Assembly (NCBI GenBank): GCA_030867685.1
Contig: JAQOWU010000003.1
Coordinates: 1,302,001 to 1,366,000 of the forward strand
Reading direction: 5' to 3'
DNA: 64,000 bases
DNA from: Wickerhamiella versatilis
Lineage: Eukaryota
Shown: piece by piece, positions 40,189 through 51,315 of the stretch
Position numbering within the stretch: position 1 is the stretch's first letter
Layout: each line of letters opens with the position of its first letter
Notes under the pieces: model-generated
What the model was told of the DNA's origin: nothing
Databases searched by the model: none
What the model saw: only the letters and a program-made list of their open reading frames with translations
Program-made: the position numbers and the translations under genes

Positions 40189-42852
40189 CTAGCCTTCTAC
40201 TCCCATATGCGTGATGGATGATTTTAGAAGCCAGCCCAGATGTCTTATTTTGTATGAGATCCAGCTTCCGCCATCTCGAGGGTCTGGTAAGCTCCCTTCT
40301 AGTGATTCAACTTTACCTCCAGGGAACATTTGCGGACAGCTCCAGTCAATTCCCTCATCTGCATCAGGATCAATTTTTAATCCAAGATGTCGTAGTCTGT
40401 GAAGCTCTTCGGCAGAGTTTCGGGATTCGGCACGAACGATTGCTAGAGCACCGTTTCCAAGGGCCAAATCAGCTTCTTGCTCCTCAAAAACATGGATTAG
40501 AGCTTTGCGTAGACCAGGGATACGCATGTCAGAGGGCACTTGTGCTAGCACACGTGCAGGGCTAACATGAACGCAGCCCAACAGTTCCAATACCAATTCA
40601 GGCCTACTGGAGGCGGCATCGAGAAGCAATTGCCACAAATCAGGTTCCTTGTACTGTTCTGCAAATGCCACTGCATCATGCGCGTTACCAGCGCCCCCTA
40701 AGATAAGGGTCAAAGCTCTTGTTGTTTGCCCAACCCTTCCCAATAAATATACTAGATCAGAATCATAACATCGATTTTCGCACTCAGCAATAGCGAGCTG
40801 TATGTCATACGCTTCTGACCGCCGCAAGAATTGTGAAAGCCGCTCATGATCGAATTCTGAATAAAGTTTCACTCGTAAATCAGCAAATTCTCGGCCCCCT
40901 AGCTTCTCTAGATATTCAAAGAGCAGTGGCCTATCACTATCAGCCTTAAGACTGTTGACAACGGTTTGAGGTGAAATTTCAAGGCGCGCATCTACCAGCA
41001 TGCTAGACGCTTCGCCACCACACCTAAGCACCTCTGTGAGTTGCACCTTATTCCATAGGTGGTAGTGTGCAACTATTTGAGGTGCCCGCGGACTATGAAC
41101 AGAAATAAGAGCATTAGCAGCAGGAAGTGGCTCCTCAAGTTCCAGCCAGATCTCGCTTACCTGCTCCGCTAGGCTTTGGACTGGTGGGGCAAGAGGCAGT
41201 ACTTCTCTTGGATCGTATAGGTCATGCGGCCATAGCCGAAGCCAAGACTCCATTTTTTCTGTATCGTGGGCTGCAGCCCACTTTAAAGCCTCTCCATGGA
41301 GACCAGCCAAGTCTGATATAGGTAACGAGTCACCAAGTTCCTTAAAACCCACAAATTTTTCTGCCCAGGAATGCCAGGCCTCGACATCTGAGGGGCTCAA
41401 ATACTTCGCCAATATTTCAGCAGCCCCATGTTCTGCATTCATTTTAAGTAGATCCCCAGCAGCCTCCAGGGCCAAATCTCCCGGCTCGATACCATTATTA
41501 TGAGCTACTTCTAGGGCTTCAAGAGGTCTTGAATGGGCTCTAAGCCAATAAATATGGTCCTGCAGACCCCTCTCGCGAGCCCATACGCCATCTGTAGCAG
41601 CAATAACATAAAAATTTGGGGCAGCCCCAGTAAGATGGCAATCGTTGACGCCAAGAGAAGACTTCCCACGGAACACTAACTCATCCTCCCATTCACTGTC
41701 CAGCAGCTTGAGAATGATATTGGAGGAACCTTCCTGGATCAATACAAGAATGTCATCGTGGAGGGCCGAAACGCCTGCAATTAACCCTCCTGGGCGCACA
41801 TATGTAGAGGATCCCTCGCTCAAATCAATGCGCCACAAACTGTCACCCCATCCTACGGCAATCATCGAGCGGTTGATCCAGTGGATATGGGGCCGATAAA
41901 GGTCAGGGGGCGGGGAATTGGGCAGTCTTGGCACATGTTGAATCACACTACTCGTTGCTAGATCATAAACCGAGATGCCATCATCGTTAGTCCACAAAAG
42001 CTGATTTCCCCTCCAGGCTAGCGAAGTCACAGTGCCAAAGCCCTGGGCTAACACCTTGTCGGATCGAGATCGAAGCCAGCCAGGCTCACTTAGCAACACC
42101 TGTCCTGCAGTCCCACCGGTGATAAAGCTCTTATTTGATAAGAACTCAGGGTGCAATGCTACTGCATATACCGGACGGCGAAAGCTGGCAGTAATGATGT
42201 CACGGGGATCCTCAACTGAAGCAATGACCACAGTACCATCAATTGAGGCTGTAGCCACGTAGCTCCCATCACTGTCAATGTCAAGAACACTCGCTCGATG
42301 TATTCTTACCGTTCTTAGGGGCTTGCCTTTCTTTTGCAGGTGCACTGCACCACTATGTGTTGCAAGAACGAGTAGATCCCCCGATGCATAGGCCGTGGAA
42401 ACGAGGTCACGGTCAAAGAAAGCTGGTGGAACATTAGCCAGCCGCTTATAGTCAAATACAGCGTCGTCAACCTCCTCATCTTCCGAATCACTCGAAGTAC
42501 CGCTGGAGTTCGTGGATGATGGCGCCAATCCTTCTTCACTCGGCTCTACAGAAGTATCCACAGTCTCGATTTCTTCCTGTTTCGGTCCATTCGCCTCCTC
42601 TATAGAATTAGTATGACCATTGGCCATGTTCTTGTTGCTTGTGGGGGTACTCACCGGTTCTGAACTTGTCGTGGGCGGATTTTCTGACCCCTGCGCATCT
42701 GAAGCCGAAACATCTGGATTCGGGTATTCCTCAGCAGGATTGTCAATCCCTTCAGGCTTATTTTGAAGTCCAGCGCCAGCGCTTTCGCTTTCTACTATTG
42801 ACATTGAGTCCGAAGAACTACGCGACCGCATCCACTGCTGACTCACAGGCAT
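40189..42852 (-). CDS. VPS41: HOPS subunit Vps41
   Basis: HRASVLDI, ATASIDGTVVI, FRRPVYAVALHP, clathrin-repeat region (YSEFDHERL...LVYLLGRVG), IPGLRKAL. Confidence 0.88.
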   Translation of the reverse strand: MPVSQQWMRSRSSSDSMSIVESESAGAGLQNKPEGIDNPAEEYPNPDVSASDAQGSENPPTTSSEPVSTPTSNKNMANGHTNSIEEANGPKQEEIETVDTSVEPSEEGLAPSSTNSSGTSSDSEDEEVDDAVFDYKRLANVPPAFFDRDLVSTAYASGDLLVLATHSGAVHLQKKGKPLRTVRIHRASVLDIDSDGSYVATASIDGTVVIASVEDPRDIITASFRRPVYAVALHPEFLSNKSFITGGTAGQVLLSEPGWLRSRSDKVLAQGFGTVTSLAWRGNQLLWTNDDGISVYDLATSSVIQHVPRLPNSPPPDLYRPHIHWINRSMIAVGWGDSLWRIDLSEGSSTYVRPGGLIAGVSALHDDILVLIQEGSSNIILKLLDSEWEDELVFRGKSSLGVNDCHLTGAAPNFYVIAATDGVWARERGLQDHIYWLRAHSRPLEALEVAHNNGIEPGDLALEAAGDLLKMNAEHGAAEILAKYLSPSDVEAWHSWAEKFVGFKELGDSLPISDLAGLHGEALKWAAAHDTEKMESWLRLWPHDLYDPREVLPLAPPVQSLAEQVSEIWLELEEPLPAANALISVHSPRAPQIVAHYHLWNKVQLTEVLRCGGEASSMLVDARLEISPQTVVNSLKADSDRPLLFEYLEKLGGREFADLRVKLYSEFDHERLSQFLRRSEAYDIQLAIAECENRCYDSDLVYLLGRVGQTTRALTLILGGAGNAHDAVAFAEQYKEPDLWQLLLDAASSRPELVLELLGCVHVSPARVLAQVPSDMRIPGLRKALIHVFEEQEADLALGNGALAIVRAESRNSAEELHRLRHLGLKIDPDADEGIDWSCPQMFPGGKVESLEGSLPDPRDGGSWISYKIRHLGWLLKSSITHMGVEG

Positions 42853-43031
42853 TAAGCATTAAATCACCACCAGACAAGACAAGAACACAGCAAGCCCAGC
42901 AGCATTTATGACTCCAAAATGGAGGGAAATCTCAAGCCAAGTGACCAAGAAATATTATGGATGGATAAAGAGATAAAGAGATTATATGCTAATTTAGAAA
43001 ATCAAGTCGGAATTATGAAAGTTGACAAATT

Positions 43032-43550
43032 CTATGGAACAGACATCACTCCATTTGCAGCCCATTCTGGCAATTTGCTCAATTCCAGCAGAAGCTCAGG
43101 TTCAAAATGCTCTATGAAAGCGAAGTCTGCATCCGCCTTTCCCCGAGCAAAGCGGATATACTCGTCATAAACAGCGGTGAGGGCCCACTGCTGAATTACC
43201 CTGCGAATAACTCCGACGAGAACACCAACTCTATGCTTCCCCTTATCCGAATGCAGAAGGATTGGGTAATTTCTCTTGTCGAGGACGATTTCAAGACACT
43301 TCTGCACCACTTCTGGGTCGTTGAGGATGAAAGGCTCTTTTACATTGGGCACCATGAAGTGAAACACCTTTATGCCACGCGCTCTTGCCCACTCATCGTA
43401 TTCATGCAAATCCTCATTGCCATGGCTGCCTATGTCGATTATTGTTTTCAAGTGGAGGCTTTCTAAAAACGGGAAGTTTAGCCCTATCGGATGACCACTA
43501 CGGTACAGTCCTGACACGACCAGTGAAAAGTTGATCGGTGGGATCAGCAT
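43032..43550 (-). CDS. OCA2: Siw14/OCA-family pseudophosphatase (Oca2-like)
   Basis: PPINFSLV, YRSGHP, NYPILLHSDKGKHRVG (catalytic Cys replaced by Ser, as in Oca2). Confidence 0.75.
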   Translation of the reverse strand: MLIPPINFSLVVSGLYRSGHPIGLNFPFLESLHLKTIIDIGSHGNEDLHEYDEWARARGIKVFHFMVPNVKEPFILNDPEVVQKCLEIVLDKRNYPILLHSDKGKHRVGVLVGVIRRVIQQWALTAVYDEYIRFARGKADADFAFIEHFEPELLLELSKLPEWAANGVMSVP

Positions 43551-44021
43551 CCCTTTCGGGCCAATTTTTTTTAGGCAGTTCCTTCACGGCCTCACAGAAA
43601 AATAGGTGGACAGGTAGGATGACTCAGTGATTCAGACCACGTGAATAGCTCAGATAGGGGGGATCCGCGGTGCATGGTACATTGGACACGAATCATCGCG
43701 CTGGCGAACTTCTATGGTGGTATAAATCAAATTAGTTTGGTCACAGTCGTCTTAAAATTTTACTTTTAGGACTTAAAAGGTAATTAAATTAGGCACATTT
43801 CGGTTTTGCACCGCATTTCCCTGAACTGAGCACAACAAGCTCACTTAATGGTCAGGTGGTACTGAATTCAAAACGTAGGTCGAAGTATTTAGATTGCTTT
43901 TGGTTAAACTTCTAGGCGTAACTTCAACTAGAAGCATCTTCCTGCTTACACAATGTTCCACATGATCTTGGCACCCTTTCGCCACCCCACTCCAACCTAG
44001 CTTACTACACTTCTTTCGTTG

Positions 44022-45311
44022 ATGGCGGAACCTATTCGGAAGACCCCTATAAGTGCGCCTACACCACAGAATACACCGGCGAGTGTATCCTCTATGCAAA
44101 GGCCACCCACCAAGCCTGGTGCCTCGATGGCCAGCATATCCGAGCAGGGTGGTTTGGAAGGCCTGAGCACAAACCCGGCGCTAATGTCGTTAATTCAGGG
44201 CCGTTTGGGCACCCTCGTGGGGAGGAGCAGTGGATATATTGAGAGTCTTCCTCAGGAAACACGTGACCGGTTGGCGGCGCTCAAGGCCCTTCGCATAGAC
44301 CAGCAAGTTTTTGAGGGCGAGTTCCAGCGAGATCTGCTTGAACTTGAGAAGAAGTATGCCACTAAGTATGCCCCATTATATCAGCGTCGGACTAAGATCG
44401 TGACCGGCGATGCAGAGCCAAAGCCTGATGAGGTCGAGAAGGGTGAGCAGGCGTTCCAGGAAGAGAAGGAAATGTTTGACGACGAGAATGAAGAGAACGG
44501 CGAGGATAGTGGCGAGGGAGAGGATAGTGCAGGTGCAGCGCCCGATAGCTCGAAGGCTTCTGGCGATAAAGGAATCGCCGAGGAGGACGAAGAGACTCCA
44601 TTGGGTGTGCCAAATTTCTGGCTGACCGCCATGAAGAACCTGCCTCCCCTTGCTGGCCTTATCTCCGAGCGTGACGATGAGATTCTGCAGTACCTCTCAG
44701 ACATCCGGTTGAAGTACCTCGAGAAGCCTGGCTTTGCTCTAGAGTTTGAATTCACGCCAAACCCTGCATTCAGCAACAATGTCTTGGTAAAGTCTTATTT
44801 TTATCGCGAGGAAATTGGCATGCTCGGTGATTTGCTATATGATCACGCGGAAGGAACAAATATAAATTGGACATCCCCTGAGGCAAATGTCACACAGCGC
44901 ATCGAAAAGAGGAAGCAGCGCAATAAGCACACAAAGGCTACGCGTACAATCGAAAAGACTTTGCCTGAAGAGTCTTTCTTCAACTTTTTCTCCCCACCAA
45001 AGCCACCCGCAGATTCCGATGAGGAGGAGATAGATGAATACGATGAGGAGTTGCACGACCAGCTGGAGGAAGATTTCGAGCTGGGAGATCTTTTCAAGGA
45101 AAAGCTGATCCCTCGCGCTATTGATTGGTTCACGGGTCGAGCATTGGACTATGAGCAGCTTGCATCAGGCCAACCTCTTGAGGATGAGGATGAGGACTCA
45201 GCCTTTGATGACGAGGAGGAAGGCGATGATGAAGAAGGCGACGAGGACGATGAGGGCAGCGTCGCTGAGGGCACCAAAAAGGAGGTTCCACCAGAGTGTA
45301 AGCAGCAATAG
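44022..45311 (+). CDS. NAP1: Nucleosome assembly protein
   Basis: LVGRSSGYIESLP, GVPNFWLTAMKN, SFFNFFSPP, IPRAIDWFTG, C-terminal ECKQQ. Confidence 0.96.
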   Translation: MAEPIRKTPISAPTPQNTPASVSSMQRPPTKPGASMASISEQGGLEGLSTNPALMSLIQGRLGTLVGRSSGYIESLPQETRDRLAALKALRIDQQVFEGEFQRDLLELEKKYATKYAPLYQRRTKIVTGDAEPKPDEVEKGEQAFQEEKEMFDDENEENGEDSGEGEDSAGAAPDSSKASGDKGIAEEDEETPLGVPNFWLTAMKNLPPLAGLISERDDEILQYLSDIRLKYLEKPGFALEFEFTPNPAFSNNVLVKSYFYREEIGMLGDLLYDHAEGTNINWTSPEANVTQRIEKRKQRNKHTKATRTIEKTLPEESFFNFFSPPKPPADSDEEEIDEYDEELHDQLEEDFELGDLFKEKLIPRAIDWFTGRALDYEQLASGQPLEDEDEDSAFDDEEEGDDEEGDEDDEGSVAEGTKKEVPPECKQQ

Positions 45312-45454
45312 TCGTTGCACTCAAATTTATGTCAACTATTACGGGCAATTGATTTTGTCAATTTAGCACTTAGCTCGAGAATCTAATTATTCCTAGATGC
45401 TGACCACCATAGCCGACTTGAAAATTTGGACCACATCCGCTGACTCACCCACAA

Positions 45455-48454
45455 ATGGAGGTGCTTCATCAACTGCTGGCCGGCACCTTTACAGCTGATG
45501 TACATACGCGTCACCATGCTGAACAGGCTCTGCAAGAGGCAGAGTCCCAGCCGCAGTTTATTCAAACAATGTTACAACTTGTCATGTCTCCAGAGGTGCA
45601 AATACCGATTCGCACCAGTGCAGCTGTGTACCTGAAAAATAAGATCGTACGCGGATGGGACATCCTAAGTGATTCAGATAAGGAGCAGTTTCGGCCGCAA
45701 TTAATGGTGGCACTAGCCAGTGCGCCCCAAGCCCACCGTGCGTTACTTCGAGAAATGCTAACCAAAGTGATAGGTGCCGATTTCCCCCAGAAGTGGCCCC
45801 AATTACTCGAACAGATCAAGGAAATGCTGGCAAGCAGCCATGGAGAGCAAGTTTGGGCAGGTTTGACCACTTTTATGGTTCTTACGCGCTATTTTCGCTA
45901 CCAAACTTCCCAGGGACTACGCGGCTTGGAGCCCATCCTGGCCGAGTTCTGGCCAGCTATCCTTCACATTTCCGAGACCTTGGTATCTCAAGGGAACTTG
46001 TCACCGGAGTCTGCACTAATGCTTTATGATTTCGCGAAGATCTATAAGTTTTCAACTGCACGTAGCATGCCCAAGATCTTACAACTGCCTGAGTACGCGG
46101 GACGTACGGTCGCAGTTCTCCTTTCGATACTTATGGCCAATCTACCGGCGGAGGAATGGCGAGCCAAGAAGTGGGCTGCTTACGACCTCATGCGAACTCA
46201 CATGGCATACATTGGCAGTCGCTCGCGTCTTACGGAAGCCTCGCAAGAACTATCTGATTTCAGAAAAAATTATCTTGCATGCTATACGCCAGAAATTATC
46301 AACGTCACACTCCAACTTTTGGGGGGCTCAGCTAGCTTGCCAGATGTGGTAGTGCACCATCTGGTTAGCTTCCTTGATGCATGTGTTGATCTCAAAGTGA
46401 CCTGGCAAATCCTCGAACCACATCTCCCTGGTCTCATTGGCCAAATAGCTTTTCGACTCCTATGCCCCACTGAGAATGACATCGACCTGTTCGATGACGA
46501 CCCTACTGAATATGTCCATCGATGTATTGACTTTACCAATGACTTTTCAAGTCCCGCGAATGCAGCAGCTGGTTTTCTTGGTACACTGGTTCTTAAAAAG
46601 AAGCAAGCATTTGAGCCTGCCATTCAGTTTATGCAGAGTAATCTAATGGAGTTGGAAAGTGGACCCTCTGATTTACCGAATGCTATCAAACTTGCTGGTG
46701 CCCTCAGATTTATGCAAACTCTAGCACCCGCTCTAACGAGAAAGTCGAGCCCAGTTAGGGATGAAATTGAAAGCCTACTGGCTCGCTGGGTGATCCCTCA
46801 GTTGAGTAGTGTCCACGGGTTCTTAAGATCGAGGGCATGTCAGGTGGTGAACTCACTGGCAGAGGCTCCTATATCAGATAGAAGCATTCTTCAGAGAATT
46901 TGGGAGGGAGTCGCGCAGTGCTTTTTTGATCGTGAAAACTTACCAGTACAAGTTGATGCTGCGCTGACACTTCAAGCTTTGCTTTTGGCACACGAGGATG
47001 TTCGGGCAGCCATGGAAAGTCACGTCACTGATTTTGTACGCGTCTTACTTGACCTCACCAAACGTATAGATCTGGAGAGTTTACTTGGCGTTCTGGACGA
47101 GCTTGTTAATGCATATCCTGAACAAATAAAGCCATTCGCCGTTGAGCTTGCAGCGAACCTTCGTGATAAGTATCTGACTCTTTCAGCAGAGATCTCAGAC
47201 CAGCAGGACTTTGACGCAATAGACGATAAGATTAGCGCTGGTCTTGGTATATTAAAGTCTCTCAGCGGTTTGAACCTCAGTCTGGAGAATCAGCATGACT
47301 TACTTGTGGCACTAAGTGAGACCGTCTCCCCTATATTCGCATCGACTTATCATAGCATGCATCTTGACTTCCTTCCTGAAACACTGGAATTACACGACAA
47401 TACGATCTATTCTTGCAAGACAGTGACACCCCAATACTGGGAGATTTTTCCCTCGTTGATAGCTGTGCTTCAGGAAAGCAATTTTGATTTCATTGATGAT
47501 GCCCTTCCAGTATTGGAAGGATATACTACATATGGCATATCAGGGTTCGACGATAAGAATTTGAACTTGGTGCTTCGGGGAGTAGTCATGGCGATTTTGG
47601 GCACGCAGAATGCTACAATTGATGACAAGATATGTGCACTTCAGCTCGGAACTCGCCTTTTCGAAACAGCCGCAATCAACAGCGACTCTTTTGCTATACC
47701 TGTTCTCGAAGTTGCCCTTCAACGCCTCAAGTGGGATGCTGAAAATCTCCCACAAATGAACAAGCGGTACGTAGTGCATCTCATCTCGCTGGTACTTGCC
47801 ATACTTGTTAAAATGCCAGAAACAGTCACTTTTCTAGACTCGCATGGGGCGATCCCGTTCCTACTTTCAACATGGTTTTCTAATTTACAGCATTTCACCC
47901 GTGTACCTGACCTTAAACTCGTTGAACTGGCTTGCTTGTCCATGTTGACAATTGACCAATTGAAGCCACAAGCCCCACAATTACTTTCTGCACTTTGCAC
48001 GGTTTTGGAAGCATTACCGGAGGCTCTGAAACGTCGCGACGAGCTCCAAAAGGAAATGGAAGACCCGCATTTCGACGATTTCGATTTCGAAGACGATTGG
48101 TCTGAGGATGAAGATGATGGTGTCGATGAAGAAGAAGTTGCGCGTGAAAATGATGGCTTTGTTGTGCAAGGTCAGCCACAGATGCAACAGCCCTCAGACC
48201 CCTCTGGAACTCAAACTGATGATTCTACGGAAGAAACTGTCAAGCCATCAGTACTTTCATTCTTCGATAACGACTTCCTGCGTGAAGATGTTTATTCGGG
48301 ATCTCCTCTGGATTCCCTCGACCCTTGGCTCGCGTTGAAACAAGCTTTTACCTCAATCCAGGATTCCCAGCCACAATATTACGGTCAGCTAATTTCTGTA
48401 TTGTCTGATCATAATCGCCAAGTTCTGGAGTCTGCAATTGAAAGAATAAAATAG
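45455..48454 (+). CDS. Importin-beta family karyopherin (importin-7/8; Nmd5/Sxm1-like)
   Basis: IBN_N (AAVYLKNKI..GW), DFPQKWP, WRAKKWA, FDDDPTEYV, FLRSRAC, LPVQVDAAL; acidic tail. Confidence 0.88.
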   Translation: MEVLHQLLAGTFTADVHTRHHAEQALQEAESQPQFIQTMLQLVMSPEVQIPIRTSAAVYLKNKIVRGWDILSDSDKEQFRPQLMVALASAPQAHRALLREMLTKVIGADFPQKWPQLLEQIKEMLASSHGEQVWAGLTTFMVLTRYFRYQTSQGLRGLEPILAEFWPAILHISETLVSQGNLSPESALMLYDFAKIYKFSTARSMPKILQLPEYAGRTVAVLLSILMANLPAEEWRAKKWAAYDLMRTHMAYIGSRSRLTEASQELSDFRKNYLACYTPEIINVTLQLLGGSASLPDVVVHHLVSFLDACVDLKVTWQILEPHLPGLIGQIAFRLLCPTENDIDLFDDDPTEYVHRCIDFTNDFSSPANAAAGFLGTLVLKKKQAFEPAIQFMQSNLMELESGPSDLPNAIKLAGALRFMQTLAPALTRKSSPVRDEIESLLARWVIPQLSSVHGFLRSRACQVVNSLAEAPISDRSILQRIWEGVAQCFFDRENLPVQVDAALTLQALLLAHEDVRAAMESHVTDFVRVLLDLTKRIDLESLLGVLDELVNAYPEQIKPFAVELAANLRDKYLTLSAEISDQQDFDAIDDKISAGLGILKSLSGLNLSLENQHDLLVALSETVSPIFASTYHSMHLDFLPETLELHDNTIYSCKTVTPQYWEIFPSLIAVLQESNFDFIDDALPVLEGYTTYGISGFDDKNLNLVLRGVVMAILGTQNATIDDKICALQLGTRLFETAAINSDSFAIPVLEVALQRLKWDAENLPQMNKRYVVHLISLVLAILVKMPETVTFLDSHGAIPFLLSTWFSNLQHFTRVPDLKLVELACLSMLTIDQLKPQAPQLLSALCTVLEALPEALKRRDELQKEMEDPHFDDFDFEDDWSEDEDDGVDEEEVARENDGFVVQGQPQMQQPSDPSGTQTDDSTEETVKPSVLSFFDNDFLREDVYSGSPLDSLDPWLALKQAFTSIQDSQPQYYGQLISVLSDHNRQVLESAIERIK

Positions 48455-48733
48455 AAACTTATAATGACCTAGGTGTGCTGCGCAACTTAGGATTAAATAT
48501 CCATGCCGTGCTTAGAGGCATGGTGTATATACAAATACATAAAAAAGAAAGTAATCTAGGATGATATTATGTTGGTGTCAGGAATACATGACGAGTGGGG
48601 TAAACCCATAAATCCACTCACGTTAGGTAGTTCAAAAGAAAGAAAAATAATTTCTGTAAGGAGGCTTACATTTGGTTAAAACTGTCTCCTATTTCGTGCA
48701 CGACTCATTCGTAGACTCGATGTTACCGCTTAC

Positions 48734-51121
48734 ATGAACTTCGCGCATCTATGGAGATGCCCGTCACCAGTCACTGCAGTTGCTGCCCATAATGAGCAGA
48801 TATTTGCTGGCACAATACATGGTGAAATCTATGAATACAATCTTGTAACTTGTCAACTTGCTCAGTATTGGAAAGCGCATTCTGCCTCCATTTTGGTATT
48901 ACACATTTCAGCTGATGGTTATCTTTTTAGCGGAAGTGGTGATTCGCTCGTAAAGGTGTGGAACCTCCCTTCAGTAATGTTGAAGTTCACATTATATTGT
49001 TGCACGGACGTTGGTGATGTTTTTTCGTTGGCCTACATCCCTGAAAATCGCACAGTGTATTTTGGGACTCAAAACGCTTCCATCCATTGGATGACTCTAC
49101 CTGCATTAGAAGAGGAGGTCATAATTCCCCCAGAGCGTCCGTCGAGTAGTAAGAGTCATCCAGCAGTGCGCCCATCACGATTCTTTGACAGCGCTGGACC
49201 AGGTGGGGTGCTGGCACCACAGCAACAGGAAAAAACCATATTACAGGAATACCTGGATGCAGATTCGACCCTTGTTGAAATACCGCCAGAGAACTCTATT
49301 TCTTTCGCGCATTTTTCAGCTGTCTCGACGATGGCGGCAATAGGTAAACATTTGCTCGCAACTGGATGTGAAGACGGCGTTCTTAAGTTATGGCAAATTG
49401 ATAGGGATTCTCCGCCGACTGAGCTGTATCGCATGCAGATGGATCAGCCTATTCTATCCATGAGCTTTGCTAGTACATGGCAGCCGGGTTGTGGGCTAGA
49501 AGATGGTACACTTGTACTATTTGATGTTGAAACATTTCAAGCATTGAGTCATAAGGTAGCTAAGACACCAATTTTGTCTCTCAGTTTCATTCATGGCATG
49601 TGGTTCACCGCTAGCGGTTCCATCACTCGTGCGCTAGACCAAAATTTTGGTTACCTTGCTGAATGGGATACTGAATCTTTAATCACATCTACTTCCTATG
49701 TGAAATCTTATTTGATAACAGGCTCTCAGAATGGTCATATAGCCATTTGGCATATGCCTGATCATGCAGTCAGCGTCGAAAGTAGCCCAAATAGTCCACA
49801 GGCATATCTTTCTGATACTAATATGATGGAGACATTAAGGCGTCTAGTAGGATATCGCACAGTGAGCTCTCGTGAGAACACATGGTTTTCTGAGTGTCGC
49901 CAATGTGCCATAGATATTCGAGATCTGTTGCGAAGATTTGGAAGCCAGGCTGATTTTCTTCCCATCGATGGAGGTAACCCTATTATAGTGGCGAAATTCT
50001 CCCCAAAAAATCCACAAGCGCATATTGTATTTTATGGCCATTATGATGTCATTGACGCAAATGATAGTGATGAGTGGGCATTACCTCCATTTAAGATGAC
50101 GAGCGTAGATGGTTATGTCCATGGACGCGGCGTTTCTGATAACAAGGGACCTCTAGTTGCAGCTATTTTCGCAGTGGCGGAACTTTATGCTTCAAAAGAG
50201 CTCGATGTCAGCGTTACGTTTCTTATAGAAGGTGAGGAGGAGACTGGATCGTACGGCTTTGCTGAGGCTGTATCAAAAGCTGGGATCGAAAAGCCTGACT
50301 GGGTGCTTTTCAGTAACTCCTACTGGATCGATGATGTTCATCCGTGTCTAAATTATGGACTGCGTGGTGTCGTTCATGCGGAGGTTGAAGTAGTAAGTGA
50401 TACCGTTGACAGACATTCTGGCATGGAAGGAGGTTCTTCTCGAGAGCCGACAATAGACATGATTAATCTTTTGTCCACACTCACGGTACCAAATTCTGGC
50501 AAAATTGCAATTCCAAACTTTGATTCGCCAGTGCTTCCAGTAAGTGACAAAGAACGAGTATTGTACGAGGAAATTTTAAAACATAATGATGCTGGATCAT
50601 CAGTTTATGAACTAATGCAAAAATGGAGATTTCCCTCGTTGACTGTTCATCGCGTAGAGGTCAGTGGACCTGGAAACGTGACTGTGATTCCTGCAAAAGT
50701 GAATGCGGCCATCTCACTACGTCTGGTACCAAACCAAACCTCAAACATGGTGAAAGGGCTTCTTTCTAGCTTTTTGCATAGCGAATTTGCGAAACTTAAG
50801 ACTTCGAATCATCTTAAGATCCACTGGCGCGGTAGCGCGGACCCTTGGTTGGGCGATCCAAGCAATGCAGCATTTGGTCTGCTTCATGATGCCACGACTG
50901 AAGTTTGGGGTGTACCACCACTTTATATCCGTGAAGGTGGTAGTATTCCTGTTGCCCGAACATTAGAACGAATATTTGATGCCCCAGCGGCCCAACTTCC
51001 CTGCGGTCAAAGCTCAGACGGAGCTCACCTTGATAATGAACGTCTGCGTATCACAAATTTTCTTAATGCACGTGCTGTGTTTAAGCTGGTATTTCAGCGC
51101 ATTGGTTCTAGGAAAACTTAA
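48734..51121 (+). CDS. DUG2: WD40 + M20 peptidase glutathione-degradation subunit
   Basis: WD repeats, FFDSAGPGG, FYGHYDV, GRGVSDNKGP, EGEEETGS, IREGGSIP, AHLDNERL. Confidence 0.93.
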   Translation: MNFAHLWRCPSPVTAVAAHNEQIFAGTIHGEIYEYNLVTCQLAQYWKAHSASILVLHISADGYLFSGSGDSLVKVWNLPSVMLKFTLYCCTDVGDVFSLAYIPENRTVYFGTQNASIHWMTLPALEEEVIIPPERPSSSKSHPAVRPSRFFDSAGPGGVLAPQQQEKTILQEYLDADSTLVEIPPENSISFAHFSAVSTMAAIGKHLLATGCEDGVLKLWQIDRDSPPTELYRMQMDQPILSMSFASTWQPGCGLEDGTLVLFDVETFQALSHKVAKTPILSLSFIHGMWFTASGSITRALDQNFGYLAEWDTESLITSTSYVKSYLITGSQNGHIAIWHMPDHAVSVESSPNSPQAYLSDTNMMETLRRLVGYRTVSSRENTWFSECRQCAIDIRDLLRRFGSQADFLPIDGGNPIIVAKFSPKNPQAHIVFYGHYDVIDANDSDEWALPPFKMTSVDGYVHGRGVSDNKGPLVAAIFAVAELYASKELDVSVTFLIEGEEETGSYGFAEAVSKAGIEKPDWVLFSNSYWIDDVHPCLNYGLRGVVHAEVEVVSDTVDRHSGMEGGSSREPTIDMINLLSTLTVPNSGKIAIPNFDSPVLPVSDKERVLYEEILKHNDAGSSVYELMQKWRFPSLTVHRVEVSGPGNVTVIPAKVNAAISLRLVPNQTSNMVKGLLSSFLHSEFAKLKTSNHLKIHWRGSADPWLGDPSNAAFGLLHDATTEVWGVPPLYIREGGSIPVARTLERIFDAPAAQLPCGQSSDGAHLDNERLRITNFLNARAVFKLVFQRIGSRKT

Positions 51122-51315
51122 TACCGTGATTGGGCCCAAAATATAGCATTTCAATAGATTAATTTTACCAATGTCTCAAAAGCTTTTGCAACATACTTAC
51201 TTCAGTATTATCAGTAAATACTACAATATTAATTTATTTTTTCGTTGGAAAAATCTCGATCCATATCGTGTAATAGCCTTATCACCAAAGTAGGTAGTCG
51301 GTCTCCAGCTTACAC